NCBI GenBank assembly: GCA_019750575.1
Contig: JAIEOJ010000004.1
Location: 1 to 62,599 of the forward strand
DNA length: 62,599 bases
Source of the DNA: Rhodocyclaceae bacterium
GTDB taxonomy: Bacteria; Pseudomonadota; Gammaproteobacteria; Burkholderiales; Rhodocyclaceae
Direction of reading: 5' to 3'
Part shown: in pieces, positions 1 to 7,924 of the stretch
Position numbering within the stretch: position 1 is the stretch's first letter
Layout: the number at the start of each line of letters is the position of its first letter
Notes under the pieces: generated by a model
Databases searched by the model: none
What the model was told of the DNA's origin: nothing
The model's input: the letters and a program-made list of their open reading frames with translations, nothing else
Program-made: the position numbers and the translations under genes

Positions 1-7
1 AACTCAT

Positions 8-562
8 TTATTTCTGTTGCGAAGTTTTTTCGGCTTTCTTCGTGACGCGCGGCTTCACCAATAACTTCGTACTCCAGAGGAAGAGTTCCTCTATGCTGAA
101 GCGGATGACATCACCGTTGGCGATCCGGTAAAACGGAATGCCAAGCCGCAGGCGTTCCTGATTCTGGTGAATCCAATACGCGGGCAATCCGGTGATATCG
201 ACCACATCCTTGGCGGAGTAGAAAACACGATCACGGCGGCCCGGCCGCCTTTGCATCATCTGTTCGATGGCGTTTTCGCGTGCCGTGGGCGAGGATTCGG
301 ACAAAGGGCGTCCGGAGGTTGATTTCCACGTGACCCGAGCCTTGCGTTCGAAAGCCTCGACCTCCATCAGAAGGTAGCGGACAGTTCTGTTGAGGTGCCA
401 GGCGGGTGGGCCGATCCCCTCAGAGCGCCAGCGTTGCAGCGTCTTGGGCGAGAGATTCCACCGTGAGGACAACTGTGGTTCATCGAGGACTGGATACGTG
501 ACGAGTGGTGCATCAGGGCTGGGATTGCCGCCCAGATCGTTGGAATCAACCTTGGGCTTCAT
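8..562 (-). CDS. DNA-binding protein with two excisionase/AlpA-like (MerR-superfamily HTH) modules
   Basis: ORF 8..634 trimmed to the ATG at 562 (MKPKVDSN...). It has the motif LSPKTLQRWRSEGIGPPAWHLNRTVRY plus a second HTH-like segment near the C-terminus. Its start overlaps the end of the upstream paralogous gene by 17 nt. Confidence 0.55.
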   Translation of the reverse strand: MKPKVDSNDLGGNPSPDAPLVTYPVLDEPQLSSRWNLSPKTLQRWRSEGIGPPAWHLNRTVRYLLMEVEAFERKARVTWKSTSGRPLSESSPTARENAIEQMMQRRPGRRDRVFYSAKDVVDITGLPAYWIHQNQERLRLGIPFYRIANGDVIRFSIEELFLWSTKLLVKPRVTKKAEKTSQQK

Positions 563-908
563 CGCGCACCTCCGCCAATGCGACCTCGGCCGCTTCAAGA
601 CTGCCGTACTGCGCGATGAGTGCAAAGGCCTCACTCAAGTAGTACCGTTTTGGTTCGGGTGCGGCGGGCGCTGGTGGCTCGACGACGGGCTGCGTGTCGG
701 TCAAGGATGGCAACGGTACGTCGTTGGACATCCCCTGGCGGATCGCCTGCTCGTAGGTAACGATCTCGTCGACTGGATAGCGGACGGCCTTGGAGAGTTT
801 GATGTACGGCGGGCCGCGTTCTTCGCTGCGCCAGCGTTGGAGGGTCTTGATGCTGACGTTCCACCGCCGAGCAAGTTCGGTTTCGGTGAAGGCGGGTTCG
901 GTTTGCAT
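546..908 (-). CDS. Excisionase/AlpA-like helix-turn-helix DNA-binding protein
   Basis: The 120-aa ORF contains ELARRWNVSIKTLQRWRSEERGPPYIKLSKAVRYPVDEI, a typical HTH_17-type motif. It is a paralogue of the downstream gene. Confidence 0.6.
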   Translation of the reverse strand: MQTEPAFTETELARRWNVSIKTLQRWRSEERGPPYIKLSKAVRYPVDEIVTYEQAIRQGMSNDVPLPSLTDTQPVVEPPAPAAPEPKRYYLSEAFALIAQYGSLEAAEVALAEVRDEAQG

Positions 909-1163
909 GGCTTGTCCTTTCGTAGTTCGTGCCGGGCATTACGGCGACAAACGAGAGGAAAGCCAAGTTGCAGCCCCGAGATTCCCTGGCAGTCACGGCA
1001 GCTGCGAGTGCCAATCTGCCTCTCTGAATTTACAATCATGGGCATGCGCGGCTGCGCGAAATCCTTCCCCGGAATCGCGCGAAGGTCTCAAGGCTTCCGA
1101 CCGGGGCTGAGAGACTGCTGATATGTGGGTTTGGTTTTCTGTTAAACTACACCACCAGACACG

Positions 1164-1189
1164 CAAAGGCCGCCTGCGGGCGGCCTTTG
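1164..1189. other. GC-rich stem-loop (11-bp stem CAAAGGCCGCC, loop TGCG) with no obvious gene to terminate
   Basis: Perfect palindrome read directly from the sequence. It lies between divergent genes, so it may be a relic terminator or a boundary structure. Confidence 0.3.
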
Positions 1190-1215
1190 CACATCAGTGA
1201 ACGAGGTCGCGATAC

Positions 1216-2142
1216 ATGCCATTGCTGCTTGCTGCTGACGCCCTCGGGCTGTACCGCGATGCCGCGGCACGCGCGCGCACCTATCTCGAGCTGCCGTTTG
1301 GCAAGCCGGGCCGCGTGCTGAAGAAATCGGTTTACGGCGAGAAGTTTCTCTACCGCGAAGTGTGCGTGCTTTCCGGCGATACGCGTTTGCGCAAGCTGGG
1401 GCCGGCCGGTTCGCCGCTGAGCGAGGAGGCCGATGCCGTTTTCCACGCCTCGGGCTGGATGCCGGCGACGGTCGCGCATCTGCGCGAAGCCGGTTTCTAC
1501 ACGGCCGCCCGCCAGCTCGAGGAGCCGCTGGTGAGCTGCTTCAACCTCGGCCTGTTCGCCGCCGGTGCCGTACTGATCGGGCCGCTGGCGCGCCTCTACT
1601 GGCTCAACGAGCTGGGTGCGCGCGCTTCCGAGCATGCCGTGGCCGGGCCGGACCTGGATCTTGCCCTGCCCGAGCAGGTCACGCTGGATGATGCCCAGGC
1701 CGCCTTCCTCGGCAAGGCCATCCGCACCCGAAATTCCCGCCTGCACGTGCATTTCGGGATGACTGATTACTCGCTGTATCTGAAGGATCGAGTCCGGCTG
1801 CCCTACGAGGCCCTGCTCAAACGCCACTGCTTCATGCACAACCTGCACTATTTGACCCGCGCGGCGCGGCCGGCGACGGCACTGGTCGGCGACTACCTGG
1901 TGCCGGTGCGCCTGCCTGCACCGGGCCGCGTTTACTGGCAGAAGCTTTACTGGAGCCGCCTGCCCGACAATCCGCGCGCCGAAACGGAGCGGCATGAAGC
2001 GGCGCAGCTCGGCGAGGCCATCCAGCGTGTGTTGCCCGGCGAACTGGAGGCGGCTGCGCGCGCGATGCCGGCGCAATGGCGGCGCCAGTTTTCTGCCGAT
2101 GCGCGCAGTGGGGCCTGGGCCGAGTTGCACACCCTGGCCTAG
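1216..2142 (+). CDS. Nucleotidyltransferase-fold protein (GSU2403/AbiEii-like family, assigned from memory)
   Basis: 308-aa ORF with GAGG 9 nt upstream of the ATG. The N-terminal pattern (G..L.KK..G..FLY...LG) and a later GPDLDLAL segment resemble AbiEii-type NTase-fold proteins. No search was possible. Confidence 0.4.
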   Translation: MPLLLAADALGLYRDAAARARTYLELPFGKPGRVLKKSVYGEKFLYREVCVLSGDTRLRKLGPAGSPLSEEADAVFHASGWMPATVAHLREAGFYTAARQLEEPLVSCFNLGLFAAGAVLIGPLARLYWLNELGARASEHAVAGPDLDLALPEQVTLDDAQAAFLGKAIRTRNSRLHVHFGMTDYSLYLKDRVRLPYEALLKRHCFMHNLHYLTRAARPATALVGDYLVPVRLPAPGRVYWQKLYWSRLPDNPRAETERHEAAQLGEAIQRVLPGELEAAARAMPAQWRRQFSADARSGAWAELHTLA

Positions 2143-2160
2143 CCGGGCGCGCGTACCGGT

Positions 2161-2874
2161 TCAGGACCCGCGCCCCAGCAGGCGTTCGCGGCACCACGCA
2201 AGGCCGGCTTTCAACGCGACCGGCAGTGGCTTTAGCGTCAGCTCCTCTGCACCCACCATGCCGGTTTTCTCCGCCAGCCGGTCCAGCGAGCAGCCGCGGC
2301 CGAGCATGAGCATGCGCGTATGCAGGTCCTGACGGCGGATTTCATTGACCTGACGACTCAGATAGCACAGACGCTTGTTGCGCAGATCCACGTAGGTCAG
2401 GGGATAGCGTCTGGACAGCTTGTGCCACAGCGCATTCGCGCCGACCGACTGGCGCGCGCCGCTGATGATGCAGTTGCCGGCATCCAGCCACCAGCGATAG
2501 ATGGCGCCGGCGATGCCGAGACGCTGGTACTCCGCCGCGAATTTCGCGTGCGGTGCGCGCAGGTAGGGATCGGCGCGGCGACTCAGCTCAACCAGGCGGT
2601 TGAAAATCACGTAGCCGGCCAGGCGTCCGCGCTGGCGGTCCTCGACATAGATGTAGTGTTCGCCGTCCGCCTCGCGGTAACGGAAGGTGAGTCCACGATA
2701 GTCGAGCGCGAGCATGGGCAGGTTGTAGAGTGCATCACCGGGCTGATTGAGGCGCGCGTACAGACCGTCAAGCTCGCGGTTGATGCCCGAGGGATCGAGA
2801 CTGACATCCACGCGCAATTCGGTGAAGGGATTGCGCCACGGCGGGACGGGAAAGGGGATCAGCAAGTCGTGCAT
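2161..2874 (-). CDS. GNAT-like acetyltransferase-fold protein (hypothetical)
   Basis: 237-aa ORF. The segment AAEYQRLGIAGAIYRWWLDAGNCIISGARQSVGANALWHKL resembles the acetyl-CoA-binding core of GNAT enzymes. It lies 33 nt downstream of the beta-helix gene on the same strand. Confidence 0.45.
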   Translation of the reverse strand: MHDLLIPFPVPPWRNPFTELRVDVSLDPSGINRELDGLYARLNQPGDALYNLPMLALDYRGLTFRYREADGEHYIYVEDRQRGRLAGYVIFNRLVELSRRADPYLRAPHAKFAAEYQRLGIAGAIYRWWLDAGNCIISGARQSVGANALWHKLSRRYPLTYVDLRNKRLCYLSRQVNEIRRQDLHTRMLMLGRGCSLDRLAEKTGMVGAEELTLKPLPVALKAGLAWCRERLLGRGS

Positions 2875-2907
2875 GGAGACTCCGGAAGAGAGTAAAGGAA
2901 TGAATAA

Positions 2908-3777
2908 TCAGAAATCGGGCGCGACCCAGCAGCCGCTCATCAGTCGCTCCGGCCGGGCGCGCGCACTGACCTGGGCGCTGGCCTCCCAGGCATCGACCTG
3001 GACGATCAGGCCGGCGTAAACGCCGTAACCGGCACCGGCACGGATCTCAGCCTCGCTGTAGAGGCTTTCGCCGACCTTGATGGCGCCATGCGCTTCGATA
3101 TCGCCGCGGGCGCGGATGCCGCGGCCGGCTTCGATATGGCCGGCGCCGCGAATGTCGCCGCCCGCCTGTATGCCCTTGGCCACCTTCAGGTCGCCGGCAC
3201 AGTCGATATCGCCGATCACGTTGAGGCCCTGGCCGCAGCGGCTGGCGGCACTGCAGATCATGTTCTGGCCGATGTGCATGCTGCCGTCCACATGCAGCGC
3301 GCCAAGGCACTGCACGTCCCATTCGACGCGCAGATCGCCGCCGCAACTGAGCATGCCGTCGACCTCGACCCCCCAGCCGGCGCGCAGGTTGCCGCCGACT
3401 GTGAGTGCCTCCGCACAGCGGATATTGCCGCCCGCGCGCACATCCTCGCCGGCAACGATGCCGCCGTTGCTGCGCACGCCGCCACCGGCGACGATGCTGC
3501 GGCCGGCGCGTAGCAGGGTGTCGACCTCGATATTGCCGCGCACCTCGATGCTGCCGGCAAAGACGATGGCGGTGGCTTCGAGACTGTCGAGATGCAGGAC
3601 GGCATCGGTCGGCCCGAACTGGTCAAGCAGCCAGCAGGCATCGTTGATGCGCCCTTCGCTTACCAGGGCGTCGAGCAGGGGCTGATAGTCGCCACCGTCG
3701 CGATGAGTGCGCAGGAACCAGCGAAAGCCGTCCGTGCACGGGCGCTTGGCCTTGATGAAGTCGCGGCTCAGATCCAT
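2908..3777 (-). CDS. Beta-helix repeat protein (bactofilin-like / polymer-forming repeat) with a distinct N-terminal domain
   Basis: ORF 2908..4023 trimmed to the ATG at 3777 (MDLSRDFIKAKRPC...). About 13 consecutive ~12-aa units follow the pattern (V/I/L)R..G.(I/L)...G. Confidence 0.55.
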   Translation of the reverse strand: MDLSRDFIKAKRPCTDGFRWFLRTHRDGGDYQPLLDALVSEGRINDACWLLDQFGPTDAVLHLDSLEATAIVFAGSIEVRGNIEVDTLLRAGRSIVAGGGVRSNGGIVAGEDVRAGGNIRCAEALTVGGNLRAGWGVEVDGMLSCGGDLRVEWDVQCLGALHVDGSMHIGQNMICSAASRCGQGLNVIGDIDCAGDLKVAKGIQAGGDIRGAGHIEAGRGIRARGDIEAHGAIKVGESLYSEAEIRAGAGYGVYAGLIVQVDAWEASAQVSARARPERLMSGCWVAPDF

Positions 3778-4409
3778 GGCCACTCCAGCAGCAGAAACGC
3801 GGCGGCGCAGGCCGCCCCGATGATCAGGAAGAGTCGCCCCGGCAGCGGGAAGCGCGTGGCGTGGCGATGGCGGGCGCCAGCGCGCCAGACCAAGGGGGTC
3901 GGACGGCGCTTGCGTCCGTGTGGCCGGGCGAGGCCCGACGTGGCGGCCTTGAGCCGACCGCGAGGATAGGGATGCATTGCAAGACTCCGGAAGCGCAGCC
4001 AGCCCCGGAAAGGGCGGCCGCAATCGCGCCTGGCTTAGGCCCGGCGATGGAGTTTGCGCAAATGGAGGAGGGGGTTATCGCCGGGCTAAGGTATCTGCGT
4101 CCGGCTGGCAGGTGGCCATGTCCGTCAGCTTGCGCACGCGTGCGCACACCCCGGCCAGCAGAATCTGGCGGGCGGCAAAAGTGCTGATGAGACGATCGAG
4201 GGCAACCATGGGCCCGAAGTTAGGACACTTGCGCGGAGATGTCAAGCCGTGGCGGGCCGTGAGCTGCGCGCGGATGTTGAGGCGCATACCAGAACAGGCT
4301 TTGGCGGCAATGGCGCGGCCGTCGCTGCGCCTGCACGCCCCGTCTGATACACAGCAGACCGGATTGACGGTCTTTGCGTGTGCTGGATCTTGGGCGCCTC
4401 CGGCGCGGC

Positions 4410-4727
4410 TCAGTGGCGATGGTGCCGGCCGCCGCCATGGTGGTGATGGTGACCGCCATGGTGATGATGACGGTGACCCCAGCCGTGATGGTGGTGGTGG
4501 CGATGCGGGTGATGGTAGTGGTGATAGCGCGGCGCGTGGTAGACCGGCTGTCCGTAATACACCGGCGCGGGGCGGCCGTAGTACACCACCGGCGGCGGTG
4601 AATAGTAGATGCCGGCGTGGTGGTGGCGATCGTTCACGACAATCGCGCCGCTGACCATCTGGGCGCTTGCCACGCCCGTACCCAGCATGCTGCCGAGCAG
4701 CAGTGATGCGAACAGGATCTTCTTCAT
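4410..4727 (-). CDS. Small secreted histidine-rich protein (putative periplasmic metal-binding)
   Basis: Start at MKKILFASLLLGSMLGTGVASAQ (Sec signal). The mature part contains RPAPVYYG and ends in long His runs (HHYHHPHRHHHHHGWGHRHHHHGGHHHHHGGGRHHRH). Confidence 0.7.
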   Translation of the reverse strand: MKKILFASLLLGSMLGTGVASAQMVSGAIVVNDRHHHAGIYYSPPPVVYYGRPAPVYYGQPVYHAPRYHHYHHPHRHHHHHGWGHRHHHHGGHHHHHGGGRHHRH

Positions 4728-4795
4728 GATCTCCTCCATGAGTGCGGGCACGGCCCGTGTCAGGTCAACGCAAGCAGCGCGTACGGGCTGACGTG

Positions 4796-4811
4796 CCTTA
4801 CAAAGCCTTAC
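4796..4811 (-). promoter_or_regulatory. Direct-repeat box CCTTAC-N4-CCTTAC (plus strand), 69-84 nt upstream of the His-rich gene start
   Basis: A 10-bp-phased direct repeat. A near-identical box sits at the same distance upstream of the neighbouring His-rich gene. This architecture is typical of OmpR/PhoB-type response-regulator sites. Confidence 0.4.
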
Positions 4812-4848
4812 TTTCGAGGCGCGGAATCCGCTTCAGTTGCGCAAACCG

Positions 4849-5265
4849 TCAGCGCCAGTAGCGGTGCTCGTGATGCCGGTATTCACGGACCGGATGGTGA
4901 TGGGCGCGCGGGTGCGCGTAGCGCTCCATCATGACCGGATAGCCGTGGGCCGGCGGTACGGCGTAGTACACCGGCGCCGGGCGGTGGCCGTAGTAGGCGG
5001 GCGCAGTGTGATTTGCATAATGGACAGGTCTGCCGTAGCCGCTGTTGACAGGGTGCGGCCCGCGGTTGCTGGCCAGTGCTGCGCCGGCGAGGGCGCCGAC
5101 CAGACCACCTACAACTGCGCCGTTGCGGCCGCCCATCGAGTGGCCGATCAGGCCACCCACGCCGCCGCCGACCACCGCGCCAACGGCGGCATCGCCGGCC
5201 TGTGCGCTGGTGGCGGCGAGGCTGCCGGCCAGTGTCAGGGAAAGCAGAAGCATCTTGTTCATCAT
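4849..5265 (-). CDS. Secreted glycine-zipper protein with a His-rich C-terminal tail
   Basis: Start at MMNKMLLLSLTLAGSLAATSAQA with GGAG just upstream. It has a glycine-zipper block (GAVVGGGVGGLIGHSMGG...GGLVGALAGAALA). Its C-terminus, RPAPVYYAVPPAHGYP...HHHPVREYRHHEHRYWR, shares the RPAPVYY motif with the 4410..4727 product. Confidence 0.7.
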   Translation of the reverse strand: MMNKMLLLSLTLAGSLAATSAQAGDAAVGAVVGGGVGGLIGHSMGGRNGAVVGGLVGALAGAALASNRGPHPVNSGYGRPVHYANHTAPAYYGHRPAPVYYAVPPAHGYPVMMERYAHPRAHHHPVREYRHHEHRYWR

Positions 5266-5331
5266 GTTCTCCACGGGCGGGATGTGAGCGCCCATGCAGG
5301 CAATAACGCGCGCACCGGAGAAGCGCTGACG

Positions 5332-5348
5332 CCTTTACAAACCCTTAC
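5332..5348 (-). promoter_or_regulatory. Direct-repeat box CCTTTAC-N3-CCCTTAC, 67-83 nt upstream of the glycine-zipper/His-rich gene
   Basis: Same TTAC-N6-TTAC phasing and the same distance to the start codon as the box at 4796..4811. Confidence 0.4.
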
Positions 5349-5366
5349 CCGCAGAAGCAGCAGCGC

Positions 5367-6638
5367 TCAGCGTGCCTGGACCACGCGCAGATCTGCCCAG
5401 CGCGTGGTGAAGCCCCGGGCCGGAAATTCGCGGCGTGCCTGCCAGCGTGGTGTGGTGTTCATGGCGGTCGCTGCCGAGCGCAGGGTGCCGTGGCCGAAGG
5501 TGGCATTGACGCGGTCCATGACCTGCATCAGGCGCGGATTGTCGCGCACAGGGCTGAACAGGTCGGGCTGGCGTGGTGGCGCATCCGTCAGCTCGAGCAG
5601 CGCAATCCCGACCTTGTGATAGGCCCGCCCCTGCGCAAAGATGCGCCGCAGGCCCCACAGGGCGGCGCGCGTCAGGCGCAGGGTGTCGTTGCTGGGTGCG
5701 CTCAGGGGGACGCTGATGCCCTTCTGGAAATACGCATCGCCATCGTGATGACTGGTGCGGATGTGCACATGCACGATGGCTGCCCACGAGCCCTGCTGGC
5801 GCAGCTTCACCGCTGCCGATGCAACATGCGCCGCGATCGCTTCCTCCAGCTCGCGCAGCGCATAAACCCGCTGGCCGAAGGAGCGCGAGCTGATCAACTG
5901 ACGCTTGCCCTCATCCATATCCGCGCTGGACAGACAGGGTATTCCGTTCAGTTCGCGCACCATGTTCTCGACGACGATGGAGTGCTGCTTGCGCAAGGCG
6001 GCAGCATGCGCCTGCTTCAGGTCCGCGACCGTGTGCAGCCCCTGCGCAGCGAAATGTTCGCGCAGCCTGCGCCCGACGCCCCAGACCTCGCCGACCGGAA
6101 TCCGCGCAAACAGCGCATCAAGCTCGGCGCTGTCCATGCGCGAAAAATCGCACACGCCAGCATGGCCCGCCAGTGCCGATTTGGCGCAGTGATTGGCAAG
6201 CTTGGCCAGGGTCTTGGTGGCGGCGATGCCGACGCAGACAGGCAGCCCCAGCCATTGCTGTACGCGCTGGCGTATCTGCCGGCCGTAGTCGAGCAGATCG
6301 AGATGCGTGTAGCCGTCGAGGCCGAGAAAGCATTCGTCGATGGAATAGATTTCCTGGTGCGGAGAAAACTGCAGGAGCACATTCATCATGCGATTGCTCA
6401 TGTCGGCGTAGAGAGCGGGATTCACCGAGAACACGGCCACCTGGTGGCGTTGCGCGAAGTCGCGGATCTCGAACCAGGCCTCGCCCATGCGTATGCCCAG
6501 CGCCTTGGCTTCGGGCGAGCGGGCGATCACGCAGCCATCGTTGTTGGAGAGTACGACCACCGGCGTGTGGCTCAGCTCCGGACGAAACACGCGCTCGCAG
6601 GAAGCGAAGAAGTTGTTGCCATCGACCAGCGCGAACAC
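5367..6638 (-). CDS. umuC: Y-family translesion DNA polymerase V catalytic subunit
   Basis: 423-aa ORF starting MFALVDGNNFFASCERVFRP...VVVLSNNDGCVIARS, with SIDECFLGL. These are hallmark UmuC/DinB motifs. Confidence 0.9.
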   Translation of the reverse strand: MFALVDGNNFFASCERVFRPELSHTPVVVLSNNDGCVIARSPEAKALGIRMGEAWFEIRDFAQRHQVAVFSVNPALYADMSNRMMNVLLQFSPHQEIYSIDECFLGLDGYTHLDLLDYGRQIRQRVQQWLGLPVCVGIAATKTLAKLANHCAKSALAGHAGVCDFSRMDSAELDALFARIPVGEVWGVGRRLREHFAAQGLHTVADLKQAHAAALRKQHSIVVENMVRELNGIPCLSSADMDEGKRQLISSRSFGQRVYALRELEEAIAAHVASAAVKLRQQGSWAAIVHVHIRTSHHDGDAYFQKGISVPLSAPSNDTLRLTRAALWGLRRIFAQGRAYHKVGIALLELTDAPPRQPDLFSPVRDNPRLMQVMDRVNATFGHGTLRSAATAMNTTPRWQARREFPARGFTTRWADLRVVQAR

Positions 6639-6645
6639 AGCAGTC

Positions 6646-7050
6646 TCAGGTGCTGGTGCCGCTCAGCGGATGCAGCGACCAGCGCGCCACGCCCCAGACG
6701 CTGAAGTCCTCGCCGAAATTCACGGTGCGGTCACGATAGGCCGGATTACCGGCACGCAGGATGAAGCGCTGCCCGTCGCGGCGCAGCTGCTTGAGCGTGA
6801 ATTCGTCGCCGATCACGGCGAGCACGATATGGCCGTCCTGCGCCTCGACCGAGCGATCGACGATCAGGGTGTCGCCGTCGTGAATGCCGAAGCCGGTCAT
6901 CGAGTCGCCCTCGACGCGCACCAGAAAGGTGGCGTCGGCCTGGCGGATCAGATGCGCATTGAGGTCGATGCGACCGCTGCTGCGCTCATCGACCGGGGCA
7001 GGAAAGCCCGCCGGCACCGGCCGGTCGAGCAGGGGGAAATCCTGTTGCAT
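6646..7050 (-). CDS. umuD: Polymerase V accessory subunit, S24 self-cleaving peptidase
   Basis: 134 aa with an AG cleavage context (PAGFPAP), the GDSM serine motif and a TLKQL lysine motif. It lies directly upstream of umuC. Confidence 0.85.
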   Translation of the reverse strand: MQQDFPLLDRPVPAGFPAPVDERSSGRIDLNAHLIRQADATFLVRVEGDSMTGFGIHDGDTLIVDRSVEAQDGHIVLAVIGDEFTLKQLRRDGQRFILRAGNPAYRDRTVNFGEDFSVWGVARWSLHPLSGTST

Positions 7051-7053
7051 GAG

Positions 7054-7644
7054 TCAGTGCGAATAGCGCCGTACCAGCCCGACCATGACACCGAAGATTT
7101 CCAGCTCGCCCTGCGGGCGGATTACCGGGTAGGCCGGGTTGTGCGGAATCAGGATGAAGCGGCCGCGTTCGAGACCGAGTTCCTTGAGCGTGAATTCATT
7201 GTCGACAATGGCGACCACAAAGTCGCCCTTGCTGGCGCCGGTGCCGCGTTCGACCACGGCGATGTCGCCGCTGTGGATGCCGGCATCGATCATCGAATCG
7301 CCCTTGACCGGAATCATCACCGTGCGCGACGGCTGCTTGACCACATAGTCGTCGAGCATGAAGGGCTCGGTGCCGTTCTCGGCCGCCACCGGCATGCCGG
7401 CAGGCACATGGCTGTCGGCCAGCGCGCGCTCGAAGAAGCGAGTGGATGGCATCCAGGCATCGTCGTCCGGCGTGCGCTCGACAAAGCCCTCGTTCTCAAG
7501 GCGCAGCAGCAGTTTCTTGGCCGCCGTCTTGGAGGCGAAACCCATCAGTTCGCAAACCCGTTGCAGCGAGGGAATGCGCTTGCTGTCGGCGTAGTAGTCC
7601 TGGAGTCGCCCCAGATAGTCGCGGTCTTTTTCATTTTCGGCCAT
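7054..7644 (-). CDS. LexA-like S24-family repressor (divergent N-terminal HTH)
   Basis: Trimmed to the ATG at 7644 (MAENEKDRDYLGRLQDYY...). It has the winged-HTH-like segment IPSLQRVCELMGFASKTAAKKLLLRLENEGFVERT, a PAGMP cleavage context, and KGDSM and TLKEL motifs. It is the first gene of a three-gene cassette with umuDC. Confidence 0.8.
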   Translation of the reverse strand: MAENEKDRDYLGRLQDYYADSKRIPSLQRVCELMGFASKTAAKKLLLRLENEGFVERTPDDDAWMPSTRFFERALADSHVPAGMPVAAENGTEPFMLDDYVVKQPSRTVMIPVKGDSMIDAGIHSGDIAVVERGTGASKGDFVVAIVDNEFTLKELGLERGRFILIPHNPAYPVIRPQGELEIFGVMVGLVRRYSH

Positions 7645-7657
7645 GATCACACCTTTG

Positions 7658-7697
7658 GTGTTCAAACGTGCACCTATTGTGGTGTGCGTTTGAACAC
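7658..7697. promoter_or_regulatory. Perfect 11-bp inverted repeat GTGTTCAAACG-N18-CGTTTGAACAC, 14-53 nt upstream of the LexA-like gene
   Basis: Read directly from the sequence. This is a candidate operator for the LexA-like repressor. I saw no canonical CTGT-N8-ACAG SOS box in this region. Confidence 0.4.
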
Positions 7698-7735
7698 TCG
7701 TCAAGGGGGCTGTGCGGCTTTCGGCATGTGGGTTG

Positions 7736-7752
7736 CCCCATAACCTGCAATT
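7736..7752. repeat. Left copy of the 17-nt inverted repeat CCCCATAACCTGCAATT bounding the lower-G+C island
   Basis: The reverse complement of 24589..24605 is CCCCATAAGCTGCAATT (16/17 identical). TTG lies immediately outside both copies. The G+C drop starts here. Confidence 0.5.
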
Positions 7753-7861
7753 GCTGACTCATATAGTGTTTTAGCTGCTCCAATAACCAGGGGCATCGAC
7801 CACCATTTGACCCGACACCACCTCATCAAAGGTGCGAAGTTGACGCTATAGCTAGAGCATT

Positions 7862-7898
7862 AAATGAAAGAGCCCAGCAATGCTGGGCTCTTTCATTT
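7862..7898. terminator. Bidirectional rho-independent-type hairpin (17-bp stem, 3-nt loop) downstream of ilvD
   Basis: AAATGAAAGAGCCCAGC-AAT-GCTGGGCTCTTTCATTT, with A/T runs on both sides. Confidence 0.75.
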
Positions 7899-7924
7899 AG
7901 AAGGCTAACGCCTTGTTAACGCAT

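Noticed and set aside
3768-3977. 69-aa Arg-rich ORF with one hydrophobic helix whose stop overlaps the start of the beta-helix gene
   Set aside because: The ATG/TGA overlap is suggestive of coupling. However, the product is highly Arg/Pro-rich, which is typical of a spurious high-G+C frame, and there is no RBS. Not enough support.
3778-4409. About 630 bp of high-G+C DNA without a convincing gene (ORFs 3977..4654, 4075..4287, 3861..4187 and others)
   Set aside because: None of the frames shows motifs, a signal peptide or a start context. This may be decayed sequence, but nothing can be called.
4374-4601. Repetitive GTG/ATG-rich tract, considered as a tandem repeat or CRISPR-like array and as a 75-aa plus-strand ORF
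   Set aside because: It is the reverse complement of the His-codon run of the secreted His-rich protein (4410..4727). It has no regular repeat-spacer structure.
7054-7644. Suspicion that the LexA-like repressor lacks the Ala-Gly autocleavage site (VAAENG instead of VAAGEP)
   Set aside because: An Ala-Gly pair is present a few residues earlier (HVPAGMPVAAE) in the equivalent linker position. The claim of a non-cleavable repressor is therefore not supported.
7645-7735. Canonical SOS box (CTGT-N8-ACAG) or alphaproteobacterial GTTC-N7-GTTC box upstream of the LexA-like gene
   Set aside because: I looked for both on both strands and found neither. Only the 11-bp inverted repeat is present.
5490-7743. 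Plus-strand ORFs of 404 aa (5490..6704) and 418 aa (6487..7743)
   Set aside because: They are antisense to umuC, umuD and the LexA-like gene, all of which have hallmark motifs.
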